Virus record (IMG/VR): IMGVR_UViG_2645727811_000003 | Coordinates: 64,001 to 119,346 of that record | Origin: a virus | Taxonomy: Duplodnaviria > Heunggongvirae > Uroviricota > Caudoviricetes | Direction: 5' to 3' (one strand) | Length of the DNA stretch: 55,346 nt | In this document: one piece after another, positions 18,223 to 28,843 of the stretch | Layout: each line of letters starts with the position of its first letter | Numbering within the stretch: the stretch's first letter is position 1 | Notes under the pieces: generated by a model | Told to the model about the DNA's origin: nothing | Seen by the model: the letters and a program-made list of their open reading frames with translations, nothing else | Databases searched by the model: none | Made by a program: the position numbers and the translations under genes

Positions 18223-19641
18223 TTGGCCAAAGAGCAAAAGAAAAAAGTTTTTCAATTGCAGCTAAATGAGATAAAGAAAACAGATGATCCCACAAAGCTC
18301 CCCTGCACTTTTATCATTTTTGACTTTGAGACATCTCATAACAATACAGTGATTTCTAAGGAAGTTGCCTTGGACGCCTCCCCTACTATTATCAATAAGC
18401 CTATTGTTGCAAAATATCATGAGGTTGAAGGAATCAATACAGCTACTGACGCTCTCGGATCACATGAAGCATATTTAGGCACTGATAAACACGGTGAACT
18501 TGAAGTTAAGACAGATACCACCCCAATCGGAGTGTTTACTTCTGAGGGATACATTATTGAGATCGATACCGCAGAAGGGAAAAAAGAAGTTTTGGCTGCA
18601 GATGCAGTTTTATGGAGTTCGCGATTCAGTGATGCATGTGAACTTTTGTTGGAATGGTATTCGCGGGGCATCAATATAAACACAAGCTGTGAAATTCTAT
18701 ACTCAAATTACTCTGTTAAAGATGGAATAGAGTACATTGAAGCACCTATTTATTTAGAAGGTCATGCGATCTTGAATTCGGAGAAACGAGGAGAACACGA
18801 TATCGTCCTCCCTGCATATGATTCATCTCGCCTAGTGAGTTTTAATGAGATGCAAAAATTCGAGAAATTGGTTGCACAAGCTGCGAACCAAGAAAAACAA
18901 AAGGAAGGTGAAAAAGTGGATAAATTTAAAAAAGTCTTTGAGCTATCACATTCAGACATTAGGGCACTTATCTATAATCAGCTTGACCCAACTCTAGAAT
19001 CAAACGAGGAATCCTATATTGCTGATGTGTATGATACATACTTTATTGTAAACATTTATAGCTGGTCTGAAGATAATTCTTACGACAAATATTACAAAAT
19101 TAACTACGCCAAAAATGGGGATACTTTAACAATTGATTTTGACTCTAAAATAGAAGTCTTCTTAAAAAGAAACTGGGAAGAAGTTGTCCCTGAAGAAATT
19201 CAAAGTCAGTTAAATGAAAAAGACACAACAATTTCGAAGCTCTCTGAGCAATTTAATGAAATTAAGGAGAAATTTAATACAGCAAGCGAAAAACTCGTTC
19301 AATTAAATTCTGCTCTTGAAGAGCTAAAACCGTTCAAAGAACAACATGAAAAAGCTGAATTCGAAAAAAGAGTCCAAGAAAAGAAAGAATTCTACAAGTC
19401 TAAGTTTGAAGCTCTTAATGCTGAAGAGAAATTCGAAACAGAAGAAGTTCAAAATCTTATCTTGGCATCTGCAAAAGACAGCGAAGAAACTGACAAGGCA
19501 ATCCTTCAATTGAATTCAATGTTGGTTGATCTTGTAGACCACGAAGCTGATCAAGATGAAGTTTTTATTAGAGAGTTGTCAAGTAAACGTGAAAAATTAC
19601 TTAAAGAGGACGACTCATTTGAGTCACGCTATTCATCTTAA
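18223..19641 (+). CDS. yonD: YonD-like prohead protease/scaffold protein
   Basis: GGAGGTG RBS favours TTG 18223; globular N-terminus with coiled-coil C-terminus; lies between portal and capsid genes. Confidence 0.75.
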   Translation: MAKEQKKKVFQLQLNEIKKTDDPTKLPCTFIIFDFETSHNNTVISKEVALDASPTIINKPIVAKYHEVEGINTATDALGSHEAYLGTDKHGELEVKTDTTPIGVFTSEGYIIEIDTAEGKKEVLAADAVLWSSRFSDACELLLEWYSRGININTSCEILYSNYSVKDGIEYIEAPIYLEGHAILNSEKRGEHDIVLPAYDSSRLVSFNEMQKFEKLVAQAANQEKQKEGEKVDKFKKVFELSHSDIRALIYNQLDPTLESNEESYIADVYDTYFIVNIYSWSEDNSYDKYYKINYAKNGDTLTIDFDSKIEVFLKRNWEEVVPEEIQSQLNEKDTTISKLSEQFNEIKEKFNTASEKLVQLNSALEELKPFKEQHEKAEFEKRVQEKKEFYKSKFEALNAEEKFETEEVQNLILASAKDSEETDKAILQLNSMLVDLVDHEADQDEVFIRELSSKREKLLKEDDSFESRYSS

Positions 19642-19664
19642 AATATAAAATGGAGGATTTATAA

Positions 19665-20267
19665 ATGGCTACTAGACTACAAACTGCCCTCACAGAAGTA
19701 GGGAAACATACTACTGGTAACTTAAATTCATTAAAAATTAAAACACTTGCTCACGGTGCCAAGGTTTCAGGATCAGATATCGACAACTTTATGCTCGTGG
19801 AACTCGGTTTTGATGAAGAAGGAAACCGTATCGCAAAAAAACTTTCCAATAAAAAGCACAGAGCTTACTTAATTTCAGCTCCCGAAGTTCGTTATTTGGG
19901 CGAGTCTTTAACTGATTTCTATAACGCTAAAGGTGAACATGCTCGTATCGTTATTTTGGAACCAGGATACACACGTTTTGATGTTTCTGCTTTCTCTTTG
20001 AATGAAGGCGTCAAAGAAGTTAAACGAGGACAAGTGGCGCACTTTGATATTAAAACTGAAAAATATGTTTTAAGCGACCCTGCTTCACCTCATGCTGACT
20101 TTGCAGATTCTTCTGCTAAATTCCTTGTTGTAAACAGCGAAGATGATCTCCAGTACACAATGGGACAAAAGCTGGTACGTCTCGAAGTAATTACAGGATC
20201 AGAAACAGGCTTAGTACCTGGAACAAGTTCTGAGGCTCAAGCAAAAGCCGTAGACATTGGCGATTAA
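19665..20267 (+). CDS. yonC: YonC-like head structural/decoration protein
   Basis: 200 aa, GGAGG RBS, immediately before the major capsid gene. Confidence 0.75.
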   Translation: MATRLQTALTEVGKHTTGNLNSLKIKTLAHGAKVSGSDIDNFMLVELGFDEEGNRIAKKLSNKKHRAYLISAPEVRYLGESLTDFYNAKGEHARIVILEPGYTRFDVSAFSLNEGVKEVKRGQVAHFDIKTEKYVLSDPASPHADFADSSAKFLVVNSEDDLQYTMGQKLVRLEVITGSETGLVPGTSSEAQAKAVDIGD

Positions 20268-20307
20268 TAGAACTTTAATAAACACTTATTGAAAAGGAGT
20301 ACATTAT

Positions 20308-21324
20308 ATGAAACTTGACACTGTAAAAATTAAGGGCTTATTTAGCCGTGTGGTCAACAATAAGATGGAAGCCACAGATAAATCGGATATCGAAACTTAT
20401 ATTAAAAAAGTATTTGGTGATGGAACTGTTACTCCTGACCCTTCTATGTTGCACCAGTTTAATACGCTTGTTGTACAGCAAGCAGATGAAATTGCAAAAC
20501 CAATGGTTACAAATCTAATCACTCTATTTGCAAATCACGAACAAGAGAAACCAGGGAGTCTAAAATTAATCAAAATCCCTAAGAAAAACAAAGCAAAAGT
20601 GATTTGGTCTGCTAATGGATCAGGTGTAGATCTAGTCCGTGTTGAAGGTCGAGAAAATGTACCTGCTGTTCCATATACGCTATCCACTGGTTTTTATTAT
20701 GAGCCACTTGATCTTGTAACTGATTCTGTCGAATATTTCAACAAATTAGTTAATGACATTGCCAATGCAAAAGTTCGATTGTATTTGGATAAAATTCATC
20801 AATTAACGGCTGCTGCTATTGCTAAAGGAAAAATCCCACCAAAAAACGTGGCTGTTGGTTCAAACCTTACATTACAAAAATATAATGAAGTTGCTTCAGT
20901 TCTTCAGCGTTATGGAGGTAGGCCAGTATTTGTTGGAGACTCGCTTCTTATTGATTACTTTGCTTTTCAGCAAGCTACAGATTCTACATATAAAAACCTT
21001 CTAACTGATGGCATTAAAAATGAGCTTCTGACTGCTTTAAACCCTACTACAATTGGAAGAACTACTGCCGTAAACCTCACAAACCCATTCACTGATGAAA
21101 CTAACTCAAAAGTTGAGTTGCCTGTAAACAAAGGTTATATGTTTGCTGGTGGAGTGTCACAAAAACCATTCTCTATTGTTGAGTACGGTGGGCTTAAACA
21201 GTTAACTGAACAAGACATCGAGGATGAAAGAATTAAAATGAAAATCACTCAATCTGCTTCTGTTAACCTTCTGTTTGGTGAAGCGATTGGAATTATCGAG
21301 GAACAAGCAGCAGTATCTATCTAA
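20308..21324 (+). CDS. yonB: Major capsid protein
   Basis: 338 aa, synteny and length as SPbeta YonB. Confidence 0.82.
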   Translation: MKLDTVKIKGLFSRVVNNKMEATDKSDIETYIKKVFGDGTVTPDPSMLHQFNTLVVQQADEIAKPMVTNLITLFANHEQEKPGSLKLIKIPKKNKAKVIWSANGSGVDLVRVEGRENVPAVPYTLSTGFYYEPLDLVTDSVEYFNKLVNDIANAKVRLYLDKIHQLTAAAIAKGKIPPKNVAVGSNLTLQKYNEVASVLQRYGGRPVFVGDSLLIDYFAFQQATDSTYKNLLTDGIKNELLTALNPTTIGRTTAVNLTNPFTDETNSKVELPVNKGYMFAGGVSQKPFSIVEYGGLKQLTEQDIEDERIKMKITQSASVNLLFGEAIGIIEEQAAVSI

Positions 21325-21358
21325 GTATTTATTTTAAAGGATAAACTAGGAGGAAATT

Positions 21359-21829
21359 ATGTCTGATAAAGTTAAATTGGCTCGTTATAGAAACACTTCT
21401 TATTTTGTTGGGTACACCGGAGATGGTGGACTTAAACAATTCACTTGGTCAGGTAGTAAAAATGGTAAGGCTGAGATCAAGGAAGTACCTAGAGATGTTG
21501 TTGACTGGTTGACAATGAATAGTGTCTGCTTTGATAAAGGTGAATTAGTTATTGTTGATGAAGATGACTCAACAAAACAAATCAAAGAATCAATTGTTGA
21601 TGCGGAAGCATACACGAACAACACTCACACAAAAGAAGAAATTTCAAAGATGATTAAAACAGGTAACATTGCACAAATGAAAAATAAACTTGAAAAGATT
21701 ACAGTTGACTCAGAAAAACAGTTTGTTATTGATGTTGCTTCTGAATTCAGTGATGATATCCCTGCTGGAAAACTTAAAGCCTTAGCTGAATGGATGGGTG
21801 TCGAAGATCCTTCCCTGCTCTTTGACTAG
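21359..21829 (+). CDS. yonA: YonA-like virion protein
   Basis: 156 aa, AGGAGG RBS, synteny. Confidence 0.8.
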   Translation: MSDKVKLARYRNTSYFVGYTGDGGLKQFTWSGSKNGKAEIKEVPRDVVDWLTMNSVCFDKGELVIVDEDDSTKQIKESIVDAEAYTNNTHTKEEISKMIKTGNIAQMKNKLEKITVDSEKQFVIDVASEFSDDIPAGKLKALAEWMGVEDPSLLFD

Positions 21830-21840
21830 GAGGTTCAATA

Positions 21841-22239
21841 ATGACTTCTTATGATGAAATTTGGGAGTTTTTCTTGCTAAACTGTAAAACGTCTGATATC
21901 AATTTACCTACGGAAGAATCTTTAATTTATAAATCTATAAGGAACGCAGTCCTGCGATTCAATAATAGACTTCGCGACAAAAAATTGAAGTGTAACGATG
22001 AAACTGAAACAGTAGACAGAGTAATGAACGAGGATGAATTGTTAATTCTCGTTCATTATTTACGTCTAATTTTTTTAATTAATGAACAGACTTTTTTTCA
22101 GACTACATGGCAGCCATTTGCAAAAGACGTTGGTGTTACCAACTATGGTACACAAATCAATTCATTAACAAAGTCAATTGAGAAACAAACAGCAGATATT
22201 GACCGCCTCATTATGAATGCAGAGGTGGATTACTTATGA
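21841..22239 (+). CDS. yomZ: Probable head-tail adaptor
   Basis: 132 aa helical protein, synteny. Confidence 0.75.
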   Translation: MTSYDEIWEFFLLNCKTSDINLPTEESLIYKSIRNAVLRFNNRLRDKKLKCNDETETVDRVMNEDELLILVHYLRLIFLINEQTFFQTTWQPFAKDVGVTNYGTQINSLTKSIEKQTADIDRLIMNAEVDYL

Positions 22240-22466
22240 GAGAAAAATATATTAATGAAGGACAAGTCCCCTCCTCTTTACAAGAACACTGCATAAGACT
22301 AAGTAAGAAAAACAACTCTGTTCTTTATAAAGTAGAGCAATATTTAAATAAAAAAATGCTGTCTGATATAGAACTAGTTGAAATTCGTGAAATCATTTTG
22401 GACGTGAGTGCTGAAATCGTAAGATTAGGTCAATCCCTATCTGGTGATTTAGATGAAAGACTTTAA
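22236..22466 (+). CDS. yomY: Small virion-module protein
   Basis: ATGA overlap with the upstream gene; synteny. Confidence 0.7.
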   Translation: MREKYINEGQVPSSLQEHCIRLSKKNNSVLYKVEQYLNKKMLSDIELVEIREIILDVSAEIVRLGQSLSGDLDERL

Positions 22467-23112
22467 AAATTACCATCAGATCGACGTTAATAAAAAGATT
22501 GAACATGATGGGAAATTAATTTTTCAGGCTGGTTTGAAGGGTTTTCAGTCAGAGACTGTATCAATTGATGAAAAAGAATCAGTAACATGTTTGATTACTT
22601 CGAAGTTTTCAAATGGTGATGGAATGACTAAATACATTCTTGGACTGCCCGAAGATATTTATATTGGAGGAGTCGTCAACTGGGACAGTCAAAAGTGGCT
22701 AATCACTACTTTCCCAAGCTTTAATAAAATTTATAAAAAGGCTGAAATTAGGCTGTGTAACTCCTCAATAAAGATAACTACAAATGACAGATGGATTGAT
22801 TCAGACAAAATAAGCGAAGTTACTGGTAAACCAATCAAAACTAAAGTCCCTGGAGAAGTTATTGAAATCCCATGTGTTTTTGAGCGTTCAACATCTATAA
22901 ATGGGACTGATCTAGCCGTCAACCTTCCTGATGGACAAGCAAACATTACAATTCCAAACGTAAAAAATGACAAAATTAAAATTGGACTCGCTCTCTCATT
23001 TTTCGGTGAGGATTATCTTGTTAATGATATTGATTATTCTAAAGTTTATGAAGATCATGGCACAATAAAATTAATTGCCAAAAAGAAAGTCCGAGGTGAA
23101 GACAGTGCATGA
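22453..23112 (+). CDS. yomX: Probable head-closure/connector protein
   Basis: 219 aa, overlapping neighbours; synteny. Confidence 0.75.
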   Translation: MKDFKNYHQIDVNKKIEHDGKLIFQAGLKGFQSETVSIDEKESVTCLITSKFSNGDGMTKYILGLPEDIYIGGVVNWDSQKWLITTFPSFNKIYKKAEIRLCNSSIKITTNDRWIDSDKISEVTGKPIKTKVPGEVIEIPCVFERSTSINGTDLAVNLPDGQANITIPNVKNDKIKIGLALSFFGEDYLVNDIDYSKVYEDHGTIKLIAKKKVRGEDSA

Positions 23113-23639
23113 GTAACATGGTCGAACACATGACCAAGATTTTCAGAACATTGATTGACGATTCAGATCTCAACAGGCTTCTATATTATAAGGACACTCC
23201 CCTCTCCCCTGAACTCCCAGATGTTCAGGATTTAGAAGGATATTATGTTGAAACTACTGTTGAAGAGAATGGTAACTCCCGCATTGTCCCCCCTATTTTT
23301 AATACGATCTTCAAAAGAGCTCCGAAAACTGACGATATCACTGACACACCAATCTGCAGAGTCTGCATGTATCTGGGAAGTGGTTTATCAAGGCCCTCTA
23401 ATCAAAGCTATTTGCTTATGGATCAAGACCTTCACATTGATGTCTACACTCATATCGAGACATATGAAGAAAATGAATTCAGGTCATTGAAAATTTTGGA
23501 CAGATTATCTGCGCTTCTCTTCAATAAAAATATCGCTGGCTTCGGAAAGGCTTTAGCTCCGAAAAGAATGCTGATTGCAAACCCTCCTGCTGGTTATTTG
23601 GGTTATAAAATGATTTTCACATTTGGAGCAATGAAATGA
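23109..23639 (+). CDS. yomW: Probable tail completion/terminator protein
   Basis: 176 aa, coupled on both sides; synteny. Confidence 0.72.
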   Translation: MSNMVEHMTKIFRTLIDDSDLNRLLYYKDTPLSPELPDVQDLEGYYVETTVEENGNSRIVPPIFNTIFKRAPKTDDITDTPICRVCMYLGSGLSRPSNQSYLLMDQDLHIDVYTHIETYEENEFRSLKILDRLSALLFNKNIAGFGKALAPKRMLIANPPAGYLGYKMIFTFGAMK

Positions 23640-24346
23640 ATGATTTACGAGACTTTTACATATTAGGCTTACCAATTGAAACTTCGATTGGAGATTGTCA
23701 TTTCATTAAGATAAAGGATTATTACAAGTTCGCTCAATATCTTAACCTTGTCAGAATGAGTAGGGATGAAATCGCATATAGCCTGTTTTCCGCAAATCAA
23801 ACTGAGTCTTCCAAGGAAGTAAAGAAACTTACATTATTTGAAGTTGTTACGCAGCTCCCCTTATTTACAGAAGCCTATCATAAAGTATTAAGTAAAATGT
23901 TTAATGACGAAGGAATTCTTGAAAAAGTTACTCAGGACAATTTTACTGAAATACGAAAATTGATTTTAGATATGAATTTATTGAAAGAAGAAAAAATCAA
24001 CCCAAACCCCATTATCCAAAAGGCAATAGAACGAAGCAAGCGACTTAAAAGCCTAGAGTCCTCAGAGCTTAATTTGACAAACATGATCTCAAGCATCGTC
24101 GCTTTTGGTTCTAGTGATTATGAAAAGATTGTTAATTGGACTATTTATCAAGTTTACATGACTTTCTTAAGAATAGCTTTATTAAAGAAATATGACACCT
24201 CCACCCTTTTTGCAACTGTAGATCCCGATCACGCTAAAAACATAGAGGATTGGAGCAAAGACATAGAGATATTTGAAGATGATAACCACACTCTTTCTAA
24301 AAAAGAAGCAGAAAATATTTCTAAAATGATCTCAAGCAGCCACTAG
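23636..24346 (+). CDS. yomV: YomV-like protein
   Basis: 236 aa; synteny. Confidence 0.75.
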   Translation: MNDLRDFYILGLPIETSIGDCHFIKIKDYYKFAQYLNLVRMSRDEIAYSLFSANQTESSKEVKKLTLFEVVTQLPLFTEAYHKVLSKMFNDEGILEKVTQDNFTEIRKLILDMNLLKEEKINPNPIIQKAIERSKRLKSLESSELNLTNMISSIVAFGSSDYEKIVNWTIYQVYMTFLRIALLKKYDTSTLFATVDPDHAKNIEDWSKDIEIFEDDNHTLSKKEAENISKMISSSH

Positions 24347-24377
24347 GCTACTTTTTTTATTAGGAGGAATTTAATTA

Positions 24378-25211
24378 ATGAAAACAGTTATTAACGATAC
24401 GGCTGACGTTATTCTAAAAAGAAAACGTGATGGCCATTTGGTTGCTACTGCGGAAGCCCAAATTGCTGGATTTTCGCAAGCAGTTACCCAAGATAAGCTA
24501 AAGGGTGGTATTGGAAACAGAACAATTGCCATCCTTCGATCTGATAAAGAAATTACTCTGAATCTAAAAAATGCGCTGTTTGACCTTGAATGGTTGGCTA
24601 TGTCTCAAGGTGTTGAAATTGAAAAAGGAACATTTAACGTCTACAAAACTGATTATGATCTTATTGTTTCAGATATTGGTGAGGTTGCCGTGACAAGGGA
24701 GCCGATTGGATTAGTTACCCTTCAAGACGCTAAAGGAAATTCAATTACACTTGAAGCAGAGGACAAAACGGTTACAGTTCCAGAAGAGTTCGCGAAACCT
24801 GGTGATGAACTGCTTGCAATTTACAAAGAAGAAGTGAAAGGTCGCTCTATGGAAATTGCCTCTGATAAGTTCTCTGAGAAGTATGAAATTGAATACCGAA
24901 CAATTGAATACGATCCAGATACTAATCAAGTAATTAACTATTTATACTTTCAATTCGATAATGTTACCCCTTCAGGTGAGTTTGATATGTCACTTGAAAA
25001 CGGAACTGCTCTCACTCCTGAATTGAAGTTTGAAGCAACAGCGAAAAGAGGTTCGGGGAAAATGGGACGAGTCCTCCAAATTCCAGTCGATGAAGATGGA
25101 AATCCTATTGATGATACCCAACCTTCTCCCGAGCCTGAGCAACCAGAACCTACTCCAGATCCAGGATCAGACACAGGAACTCAAACAAAGTCTGTAGACA
25201 TTGGTGACTAA
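24378..25211 (+). CDS. yomU: Major tail tube protein
   Basis: 277 aa beta-rich protein, AGGAGG RBS, Pro/acidic C-terminal tail; synteny. Confidence 0.78.
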   Translation: MKTVINDTADVILKRKRDGHLVATAEAQIAGFSQAVTQDKLKGGIGNRTIAILRSDKEITLNLKNALFDLEWLAMSQGVEIEKGTFNVYKTDYDLIVSDIGEVAVTREPIGLVTLQDAKGNSITLEAEDKTVTVPEEFAKPGDELLAIYKEEVKGRSMEIASDKFSEKYEIEYRTIEYDPDTNQVINYLYFQFDNVTPSGEFDMSLENGTALTPELKFEATAKRGSGKMGRVLQIPVDEDGNPIDDTQPSPEPEQPEPTPDPGSDTGTQTKSVDIGD

Positions 25212-25250
25212 TAATCAAAATCTAAAACAAAAATAAGGAGAGATTCTATT

Positions 25251-25607
25251 ATGGCTGAACAATTTCTAAATGAAAGTAATGGAGTATTTACATCTGCAGA
25301 AAATGATGGCACAGGAAAACCAGTAACGGCTGTTTATTTAAAAAACAACAGTGAAGAGAACCCTTTATACATTAAAGGGATGCAAGGCGAGCCGGGACCA
25401 AAAGGTGATAAAGGTGACAAAGGCGATCCTGCTGTCATTGAAGAAAAAAGCATTACTCATGAAATGCTTGGTGACAATATCGTCAGAAGTAACAACATTG
25501 GAACCGGCAGCGTCTTGCTCGTTAACTTAAACAGCGAAGTTAAGGCTAAGTTCGATGATTTACAAAAACAAATTGATGAATTAAAAGGCAGCCAAGCATC
25601 CAGCTAA
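25251..25607 (+). CDS. Small protein with short collagen-like (Gly-X-Y) repeat
   Basis: GMQGEPGPKGDKGDKGDP, then a C-terminal coiled coil. Confidence 0.8.
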   Translation: MAEQFLNESNGVFTSAENDGTGKPVTAVYLKNNSEENPLYIKGMQGEPGPKGDKGDKGDPAVIEEKSITHEMLGDNIVRSNNIGTGSVLLVNLNSEVKAKFDDLQKQIDELKGSQASS

Positions 25608-25716
25608 CCAAAAATAATATCTAATAGATAAAGATTATGAGGGGGATTTCCCCTCTTCTTTTTTATACAAATAAAATGCGTGTTTTATTAAGAAAATTTA
25701 TGTAAGGAGGTTTCTG

Positions 25717-26082
25717 GTGTCAGTTTGCGATTATAAAACACTACCGCGAAAAGTCGAACCTCAAATCACCCCCTTCGTTTTCCATGATTCTGTAACTGAA
25801 CCTGGTGAAGGCGAAAAACTTATTGTGGGTGCTCATCGCACACTTACTGTTGAAATTACAGGCGACTGTACTTCAAGAGAAGTTAAATTTTATAGTGTTA
25901 CACAAGATGGCAAGAAAATTATTCTAGAAGGGATAAACTCCTCTAATCACATGTTTGGCGCAAGCACTCTTGGAATTGATGAAATATGGGAATTTGATGT
26001 CGCCGGGAAAACCGCAATTTTATTTGAAATAACCAAAATCAATGGTGGTTCACTTACCATTAAGGGAAATGCGGTGACATAG
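25717..26082 (+). CDS. yomS: YomS-like tail-associated protein
   Basis: 121 aa, AAGGAGG RBS, GTG start; synteny. Confidence 0.7.
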   Translation: MSVCDYKTLPRKVEPQITPFVFHDSVTEPGEGEKLIVGAHRTLTVEITGDCTSREVKFYSVTQDGKKIILEGINSSNHMFGASTLGIDEIWEFDVAGKTAILFEITKINGGSLTIKGNAVT

Positions 26083-27377
26083 TGATGGATAATCTCTCTA
26101 GAGCACAGAATAAAGAAAATGAAATAAAGATTGAAAATCTAAAAGACAGATTTGATTTTTTTGAAAAACATACCGTAGATAACAAAAAAGAAGTTGCCGA
26201 AAAAATCGAAGAGTTTTATGAGCTGCTTAATTCTCATGTGATTAATAATGAAAATCCTCATGGAGTAACATCTCAACAAGTAACCATAATTAAAGACCCA
26301 TCATCATACCAAGATGCATCTTATTCTGGAGATAATTATCCAATCGGCATCTCAACCTTTCCACTCTCACAGGGATCAGTTGGTTTCCCGAGTCAGTACG
26401 GAGAATGTTTAAACATAAAAACAACAAAATATCGATTCGCACAGCTTTTCTTCCATGCAGGAAATCGAGAAGATTCAAGAATCTATCTTCGTCATTGGTA
26501 CCCTTCCACTGGCTGGACAGAATTTATTACAGTCCCCTCCTCTTCTGATGTAGATGAAGCACTGAAATCAGCGAAAGCTTACACAGACGCTCATGCAAAT
26601 GATAAAGAAAATCCTCACTCTGTTACAAAAGAACAAGTTGGGTTATCAAAAGTTGATAACATTAAACAAGCAGCAAAGACCGAGTTTGATACGCATAACA
26701 GCGATAATACTCGGCATATAACTGCGGACGAGAGAGCGAAATGGAACACCGGGCAGCTTTATAAATTAACTGATGACAACGGAGGCAGAACGCTAATCCC
26801 TGATGGCACTGATTTATTAACTTTACCATCCGGTCTTTATTATGCTGTCAGCAATAAAATTATCAACTCTCCAGATCCGAAGGCGGTCGAATGGTTTCAT
26901 TACGATGTTTCAACTAATAATTCGCGAAAAACAATCGTTGTAACTGCTACGGCCAATCCTAGAAGGTGGTTCGGAACAATCCACACTGACGGTTCATTTA
27001 AAGGATGGCAAAGATTTATTACAGATGTCGACGCGGTCGTAACCTGGCAATCGCCTACTTTATTAAACGGATGGAAGCAGTATGGAACCCATAAGGTTCA
27101 GTTTAGCAAAAATGTGCTTGGTGAAGTTGAGATAATTGGCTCAATAACCGGAGGAACTATTGGTTTTGAGGTGCCAGCTTTTACGCTACCAGCAGGGTAT
27201 AGACCTTTGCAAATGACACATTTTATAGGCGTAGCTTCAAGTATTGGCACAGGTTCAGCCCCTCAATTTCATAGAACACATATTTCCACCGATGGAAATG
27301 TATATATACAAAGCTGCTCCAATACAGTCAATCCAAATGAATTTATCACTTTTGGATTTAAATTTAAGTCGGCTTAG
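26082..27377 (+). CDS. yomR: Tail fibre/receptor-binding protein
   Basis: Repeated H…ENPH.VT.QQV motif, LLNGW…G.V C-terminal fibre domain; synteny. Confidence 0.78.
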   Translation: MMDNLSRAQNKENEIKIENLKDRFDFFEKHTVDNKKEVAEKIEEFYELLNSHVINNENPHGVTSQQVTIIKDPSSYQDASYSGDNYPIGISTFPLSQGSVGFPSQYGECLNIKTTKYRFAQLFFHAGNREDSRIYLRHWYPSTGWTEFITVPSSSDVDEALKSAKAYTDAHANDKENPHSVTKEQVGLSKVDNIKQAAKTEFDTHNSDNTRHITADERAKWNTGQLYKLTDDNGGRTLIPDGTDLLTLPSGLYYAVSNKIINSPDPKAVEWFHYDVSTNNSRKTIVVTATANPRRWFGTIHTDGSFKGWQRFITDVDAVVTWQSPTLLNGWKQYGTHKVQFSKNVLGEVEIIGSITGGTIGFEVPAFTLPAGYRPLQMTHFIGVASSIGTGSAPQFHRTHISTDGNVYIQSCSNTVNPNEFITFGFKFKSA

Positions 27378-27388
27378 GAGGGATTAAA

Positions 27389-27703
27389 ATGAAATGGCTA
27401 TACAAATACGATGAAAATTTCAACTACTTGCCAGGGGAAGAATTACAGATCGAAGACGACGATAAAACTCCTGATTTTTATTGTGATGCAAGACCGCCTG
27501 ACGGTCTATATTTACCTAAATTTGATCCAAAGAAAAATAAATGGTTCGAATCGGCCGCACAGGAATATATCGATAGTTTGCAACCTCCGGAGCCAGAACC
27601 CAATCCCATAGATCTTTTAAAGAAACAGAATGCCCTACTGTCCTTACAGATAGCTCGCCTTCAATCAGAGGTTTCAGATTTAAAAGGCGGTTACACCTCA
27701 TGA
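27389..27703 (+). CDS. yomQ: Tail fibre-associated small protein
   Basis: YKYDENF.Y…PPDGLY.PKFD…W pattern; C-terminal coiled coil. Confidence 0.75.
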   Translation: MKWLYKYDENFNYLPGEELQIEDDDKTPDFYCDARPPDGLYLPKFDPKKNKWFESAAQEYIDSLQPPEPEPNPIDLLKKQNALLSLQIARLQSEVSDLKGGYTS

Positions 27704-27888
27704 GGTATCCTACTTTCCAAGATATAAAACAGTTTTATGATTGGGGATGCTATAACGACGAGGAAATGCGCGAGTACGTGAGGATAAATTGGATCACTCC
27801 TGCTGAGTATGAAGAAATAACAGGCAGAAGTTATGATAAACCATTCATTAATGTCAGTGTAGATTTAGGAATGTGCATAACACCTTAA
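27700..27888 (+). CDS. yomP: XkdX family protein
   Basis: IKQFYDWGCY…V…ITPAEYEEITG signature. Confidence 0.88.
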   Translation: MRYPTFQDIKQFYDWGCYNDEEMREYVRINWITPAEYEEITGRSYDKPFINVSVDLGMCITP

Positions 27889-27923
27889 TGGGTGTTTTTA
27901 TTTTGGATTTATAAGGAGGAAAT

Positions 27924-28409
27924 ATGATGGTAACACAAAAGTTAACGCTCAATCATATTAAAGAGGACAATAAGAGATACAATGAAAAGCAGAGAATTGA
28001 ATTGAATGAACAATATCATACTTACATTTACCCGAATTTCGACCCAACGAGGGTATCTAAGATGATCAAATCCTTAGTTGAAGACTATGTTGAAATCCAG
28101 ACCAAGAAAAAAATTAAAACTGATTTAAATGCCGGAGACCTAGCACATCTCTACATGATTATTGAATTTAGTGACATTGCTGATATGCCTAAAACTTTGA
28201 CAGCTAAAATTAAAATGCTTGAAGAAATTGTTAGGTCAGAACATATAAAAACAATTTACGAGGCTTTCCCGAAAGAAAGTTTAAAAAAAGTTGAAGACGC
28301 TGCTCTCGAATTTACAAAATTTATAACAAATGCGTCAAATAAAAATGCAGACAAGATCAATGAAGATATCTTAAGAAAAGTTGAAGAGCTTACTCAAGAG
28401 GACAGCTAA
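27924..28409 (+). CDS. yomO: YomO-like protein (possible tail assembly chaperone)
   Basis: 161 aa, AAGGAGG RBS; synteny. Confidence 0.72.
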   Translation: MMVTQKLTLNHIKEDNKRYNEKQRIELNEQYHTYIYPNFDPTRVSKMIKSLVEDYVEIQTKKKIKTDLNAGDLAHLYMIIEFSDIADMPKTLTAKIKMLEEIVRSEHIKTIYEAFPKESLKKVEDAALEFTKFITNASNKNADKINEDILRKVEELTQEDS

Positions 28410-28410
28410 A

Positions 28411-28830
28411 ATGGCGACTTATAAAGATCTCGCCGTTTTAGTGCAAACAGAAGCTTTAAAGGCCATCCAGCAATCAAATAGCAGTACTAAGCAAACGTTA
28501 ATCAAGACTGGGCAAGAACATGTTGAAACTGATGTTTACGACGTCTACAATCCCCTAGTTTATGAAAGAACACATGACCTGAAAAGCTCCTTTGTAACTG
28601 AAAATGAAGCTAACGGGCTCTCATTGGATAACATTCGAGAAGATGAAGGTCGCGATGTCGCAACTGTTGTTGAAACTGGTGAAGGTTATACATTCCCAGA
28701 CACATACGATTATGGCTATGGTAAACCAAGACCTTTCATGGCCAACACTGCTGAAGCTTTAAAGGATGGTCGCTTAATTGAAGCTGTGACCAAGGATATC
28801 AATAAACTTGGGCACAAGACAATTAAATAG
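28411..28830 (+). CDS. yomN: YomN-like protein
   Basis: ATG 28411 just after the upstream stop; synteny. Confidence 0.7.
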   Translation: MATYKDLAVLVQTEALKAIQQSNSSTKQTLIKTGQEHVETDVYDVYNPLVYERTHDLKSSFVTENEANGLSLDNIREDEGRDVATVVETGEGYTFPDTYDYGYGKPRPFMANTAEALKDGRLIEAVTKDINKLGHKTIK

Positions 28831-28843
28831 TGGTGGTGAATTA

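Noticed and set aside
24378-28830. Programmed frameshift or readthrough extending the tail tube or tail chaperone
   Set aside because: yomU ends in tandem TAA TAA and downstream genes have their own starts; no convincing slippery site joining frames.
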